Positions 61,124-64,000 of a stretch of 64,000 nt of DNA are shown one piece after another. Made by a program: the position numbers and the translations under genes. This DNA is from an uncultured Solirubrobacteraceae bacterium (GTDB lineage Bacteria; Actinomycetota; Thermoleophilia; Solirubrobacterales; Solirubrobacteraceae), in assembly GCA_963803335.1 (NCBI GenBank), contig CAWDME010000022.1:8325-72324 (forward strand). The letters are read 5' to 3'. Below the pieces are notes generated by a model, which was given only the letters and a program-made list of their open reading frames with translations, was not told the origin of the DNA and did not search any database. Positions within the stretch are counted from its first letter, which is position 1. Each line of letters begins with the position of its first letter.

Positions 61124-64000
61124 TCAGCCGCAGCCGGTGTTGTTGCCGCAGCTCGAGCACGTGTAGCAGGAGCCGGTGCGCTGCATCATGCCGCCGCACT
61201 GGTCGCACGCCGGGCCGAGGTCGAGGCCGACCATGCGGGCCGGGACGACCGGCGGGGAGTCGGTAAGCGCGGTGGTCGGCGCGACCGGGGTGGCGGGGGT
61301 GCCGCCGCCGTTGGTCGGGCCGGCCGAGCCGCCGGTGGCGCCGGACGCGGTGTCCTCGGCGCTCTTGCGGGCCCGGACCTCCTTAGTGAGGATGCCGAGC
61401 TCCTCCTGCGTGTCGGCGTCGAGGAAGCGCGAGGCGAGCCAGCGCATGATGTAGTCGGGCATCGACTTGGCGAACGGGATCTCCGGGTTGGTGGTGATCC
61501 CCTCCGGGTCGAAGCGCATGTAGGCGAACTTGCGCACGAGCGTCTCCAGCGGCACGCCGTACTGGAGCGCGATCGAGATCGCGGTCGCGAACGAGTTCAT
61601 CATGCCGCGGAGGGTCGAGCCCTCCTTGCCGATGTCGGTCAGGAAGATCTCCCCGACCGTCCCGTCCTCGTACAGGCCGGCCGTGATGTAGCCCTCGTGG
61701 CCACCGAGCGAGAACTTGTGCGTGAGCGACTGGCGCTCGCGCGGCATCCGCTTGCGCACCGGGCCCGCCTCGCCGCGCGCGGCGGCCGAGATGTCCTCGC
61801 GCACGGCCGTCGGCTCCGCGCGGGTCGCCTCCGCGGCGATCGCCGCGGCCACGGCCTCCTGGACCTTCGCCTCGACCTCGGCGGCGGTGAAGACCTCCTC
61901 GCCGGCGGAGATCGCGGCCTCGGCCTTCGCCTTGACCTCCTTGACCTCCTGCGCGTCGGTCCGCAGCGCCTGCGCGGTCTTCGAGCCGTCGCGGTAGATG
62001 GCCAGCGCCTTGACGCCGAGCTTCCACGCCTGGATGTAGGCCTCGGCGATGTCGTCGACCGTGGCGGTCTGCGGCAGGTTGACCGTCTTTGAGATCGCGC
62101 CCGACAGGAACGGCTGGACCGCGCCCATCATCTTGATGTGGCCCGCGTGCGAGATCGCGCGCTCGCCGACCGCGACGTCGAACACCGACAGGTGCGCGCC
62201 ATCGAGCTCCGGCGCGCCGATGATCGTGCCGTGCTCGTTGATGTAGGCCTCGATCTGCTCGACCTGCGTGTCGGTGTAGCCGAGCGTCCGCAGCGCCATC
62301 GGCACGGTGCGGTTCACGATCGTCATCGTGCCGCCGCCGACGAGCTCCTTGTACTTGACGAGCGAGAAGTCGGGCTCGACGCCGGTCGTGTCGCAGTCCA
62401 TCAGGAACGAGATCGTCCCGGTGGGGGCGAGCACGGTCGCCTGCGCGTTGCGGTAGCCGTGCCGCTCGCCGGCGACGACGGCCTCGTTCCACGTCTCGCG
62501 CGAGGCGGCGAGCAGCGCCTTGTCCTGCACCGCGCCGTCCGGCACCGCGTACGACGCGTCGCGGTGCATCCGCATCACGTTGTTGTGCGCCTCGCGGTTC
62601 TCGGCATAGCGGTCGTACGGGCCGATCGCCGCGGCGACCTTCGCCGACTGCAGGTACGCGCGACCCGTCATCAGCGCCGTGATCGCTGCTGCCGCGCCGC
62701 GACCCTCGTCGGAGTCGTAGGCCCAGCCGTTGGCCATCAGGTACGCGCCGAGGTTGGCGTAGCCGAGGCCGAGCTGGCGGAACGCGCGCGCGTTGCGCCC
62801 GATCTGCTCGGTCGGGTAGCTCGACGGGCCGACGATGATCTCCTGGGCCAGGAACACGATGTCGACGGCGTGGTTGAAGCGCTCGACGTCGAACGACCCG
62901 TCCGCCTTGCGGAACTTCATGAGGTTCAGCGACGCGAGGTTGCACGCCGAGTCGTCGACGTGCATGTACTCCGAGCACGGGTTGGACGCGTTGATGCGGC
63001 CCGAGTTCGGCGACGTGTGCCACTGGTTGATCGTCGTGTCGTACTGGACGCCCGGGTCGGCGCAGCGCCAGGCCGCCTCGGCGATCTCGCGCATGAGCTC
63101 GCGCGCGGGGAGGGTCTCGACCGGCTCGCCGGTGACGCGCGCGGTGAGGTGCCAGTCCTCGTCGTTCTCGACCGCGTGCATGAACTCGTCGGTCAGCCGG
63201 ACCGAGTTGTTGGCGTTCTGGTACTGGATCGAGTGAAAGCCGTCGCCGTCGATCGACATGTCGAACCCGGCGTCACGCAGCGCGGCGGCCTTGTCCTCCT
63301 CCTTGGCCTTGCACCAGATGAACTCGCGGATGTCGGGGTGATCGACGTCGAGCACGACCATCTTGGCCGCGCGGCGGGTCTTGCCGCCGGACTTGATCGT
63401 GCCCGCCCAGGAGTCGGCGCCGCGCATGAACGACACGGGCCCGCTGGCGGTGCCGCCCTTGCCCAGCGGCTCGACCGAGCCGCGGATGTTCGACAGGTTG
63501 ATCCCGGAGCCCGAACCGCCGCGGAAGATCATGCCCTCCTGCGTGTTCCACTGCAGGATCGACTCCATGTTGTCCTGCACCGAGAGGATGAAGCAGGCGC
63601 TGCACTGCGGGCTCTCTTCGAAGCCCACGTTGAACCAGACCGGCGAATTGAAGGCGGCGAGCTGGTGGAGCAGGATGTACGTGAGCTCCGCCTCGAAGGA
63701 ATCGCTGTCCTCGGGTGAAGCGAAGTAGCCGCGCTCACGACCCCAGTCGGCGATCGTGCCGGCCACGCGGCTGACCATCTGCTTGACCGAGCGCTCGCGC
63801 GTCGGCGAGCTCAGCTGGCCGCGGAAGTACTTCTGGGCGACGATGTTCGTGGCGTTCTGCGACCACGTGGCCGGGAACTCGACGTTCTCCTGGCGGAACG
63901 TCCCGACCGCGGCCGTGCGCGACTCCCACTCGACCGTGTCGAACGGGTGCACGCCCGGCTGCGTGAACAGGCGCCGCACCGCAAGGGCCTCGCCCGAGCG
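61124..64000 (-). CDS. nrdJ: Adenosylcobalamin-dependent (class II) ribonucleotide reductase; 5' end probably beyond the right window edge
   Basis: RRLFTQPGVHPFDTVEWESR, IFRGGSGSGINLSNIRGS, NPCSEYMHVDDSACNLASLNL, TISFLMDCDTTGVEPDFSLVKYK, AISKTVNLP. Cys-rich tail CDQCGGMMQRTGSCYTCSSCGNNTGCG. The reading frame stays open to position 64000 (..RSGEALAVRRLF). Confidence 0.93.
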   Translation of the reverse strand, partial: RSGEALAVRRLFTQPGVHPFDTVEWESRTAAVGTFRQENVEFPATWSQNATNIVAQKYFRGQLSSPTRERSVKQMVSRVAGTIADWGRERGYFASPEDSDSFEAELTYILLHQLAAFNSPVWFNVGFEESPQCSACFILSVQDNMESILQWNTQEGMIFRGGSGSGINLSNIRGSVEPLGKGGTASGPVSFMRGADSWAGTIKSGGKTRRAAKMVVLDVDHPDIREFIWCKAKEEDKAAALRDAGFDMSIDGDGFHSIQYQNANNSVRLTDEFMHAVENDEDWHLTARVTGEPVETLPARELMREIAEAAWRCADPGVQYDTTINQWHTSPNSGRINASNPCSEYMHVDDSACNLASLNLMKFRKADGSFDVERFNHAVDIVFLAQEIIVGPSSYPTEQIGRNARAFRQLGLGYANLGAYLMANGWAYDSDEGRGAAAAITALMTGRAYLQSAKVAAAIGPYDRYAENREAHNNVMRMHRDASYAVPDGAVQDKALLAASRETWNEAVVAGERHGYRNAQATVLAPTGTISFLMDCDTTGVEPDFSLVKYKELVGGGTMTIVNRTVPMALRTLGYTDTQVEQIEAYINEHGTIIGAPELDGAHLSVFDVAVGERAISHAGHIKMMGAVQPFLSGAISKTVNLPQTATVDDIAEAYIQAWKLGVKALAIYRDGSKTAQALRTDAQEVKEVKAKAEAAISAGEEVFTAAEVEAKVQEAVAAAIAAEATRAEPTAVREDISAAARGEAGPVRKRMPRERQSLTHKFSLGGHEGYITAGLYEDGTVGEIFLTDIGKEGSTLRGMMNSFATAISIALQYGVPLETLVRKFAYMRFDPEGITTNPEIPFAKSMPDYIMRWLASRFLDADTQEELGILTKEVRARKSAEDTASGATGGSAGPTNGGGTPATPVAPTTALTDSPPVVPARMVGLDLGPACDQCGGMMQRTGSCYTCSSCGNNTGCG

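Noticed and set aside
61383-63718. 546-aa (minus, other frame) and 526-aa (plus) ORFs inside nrdJ.
   Set aside because: They are shadow ORFs. Only the 61124..63979 frame gives the class II RNR motifs and the Cys-rich tail.
1-64000. Search for CRISPR arrays, tandem repeats, tRNA/rRNA, transposases, integrases, toxin-antitoxin pairs or known defence genes.
   Set aside because: I found no direct-repeat/spacer periodicity, no cloverleaf-like sequence in any spacer, and no DDE/tyrosine/serine recombinase, helicase-nuclease or abortive-infection-like protein. The EEP protein (32782..33723) is membrane-anchored and solitary, so it is not called a defence nuclease.

Overview
This is a very high-G+C, densely coding chromosomal segment of actinobacterial type. 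G+C looks to be 70 % or more by eye (not computed), with strong G/C at third codon positions. I support about 60 protein genes. I recognised no rRNA, tRNA, CRISPR array, transposase, integrase or phage gene. All calls rest on motif and architecture recognition in my own and the supplied translations; no database search was possible.

Layout:
- 1-24,860 is one large cell-envelope glycan locus. It holds GT2 and GT-B glycosyltransferases, a Wzx-type flippase, SDR epimerases/dehydratases, a DegT aminotransferase, an AsnB-type amidotransferase, an ATP-grasp ligase, a metallophosphoesterase and several methyltransferases. It also holds a GT2 + DUF2304 + DUF2142 set that looks like a polyprenyl-phosphate-sugar / GT-C decoration system, and a Wzm/Wzt ABC exporter.
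- 25-37 kb is housekeeping and envelope: MFS transporter, heme A synthase, acyl-CoA desaturase, two secreted proteins, 2-hydroxyacid dehydrogenase, PadR, EEP phosphoesterase, PEP carboxylase, Ogt.
- 37-50.6 kb is sugar and small-molecule catabolism: GH3 with two translationally coupled ROK regulators, a five-gene VOC/HIBADH/cupin/hydratase/ALDH operon, an Eis-like GNAT, a cupin and GH97.
- 50.7-64 kb holds a NarL-type two-component system, small envelope proteins, a third ROK regulator divergent from a DUF1479-like gene, LURP-one-like and UPF0104 membrane genes, a VOC protein and class II ribonucleotide reductase (runs off the right edge).

Most notable observations:
- Two sharply localised frameshift clusters: asnB at 8.9-10.75 kb, and every gene from 19.2 to 24.9 kb including wzm/wzt. 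Long genes elsewhere are intact.
- A roughly 270-bp purine-rich, C-depleted, CTAG-dense tract at 23.53-23.80 kb.
- A 168-nt long-stem inverted-repeat element plus a terminator-like hairpin in a 400-bp convergent spacer (54.0-54.3 kb), with wobble pairs that fit only a minus-strand RNA.
- An aldehyde dehydrogenase lacking about 70 internal residues in frame.
- Four convergent gene pairs whose stop codons share one CTAG.

I found no classical defence or mobile system.
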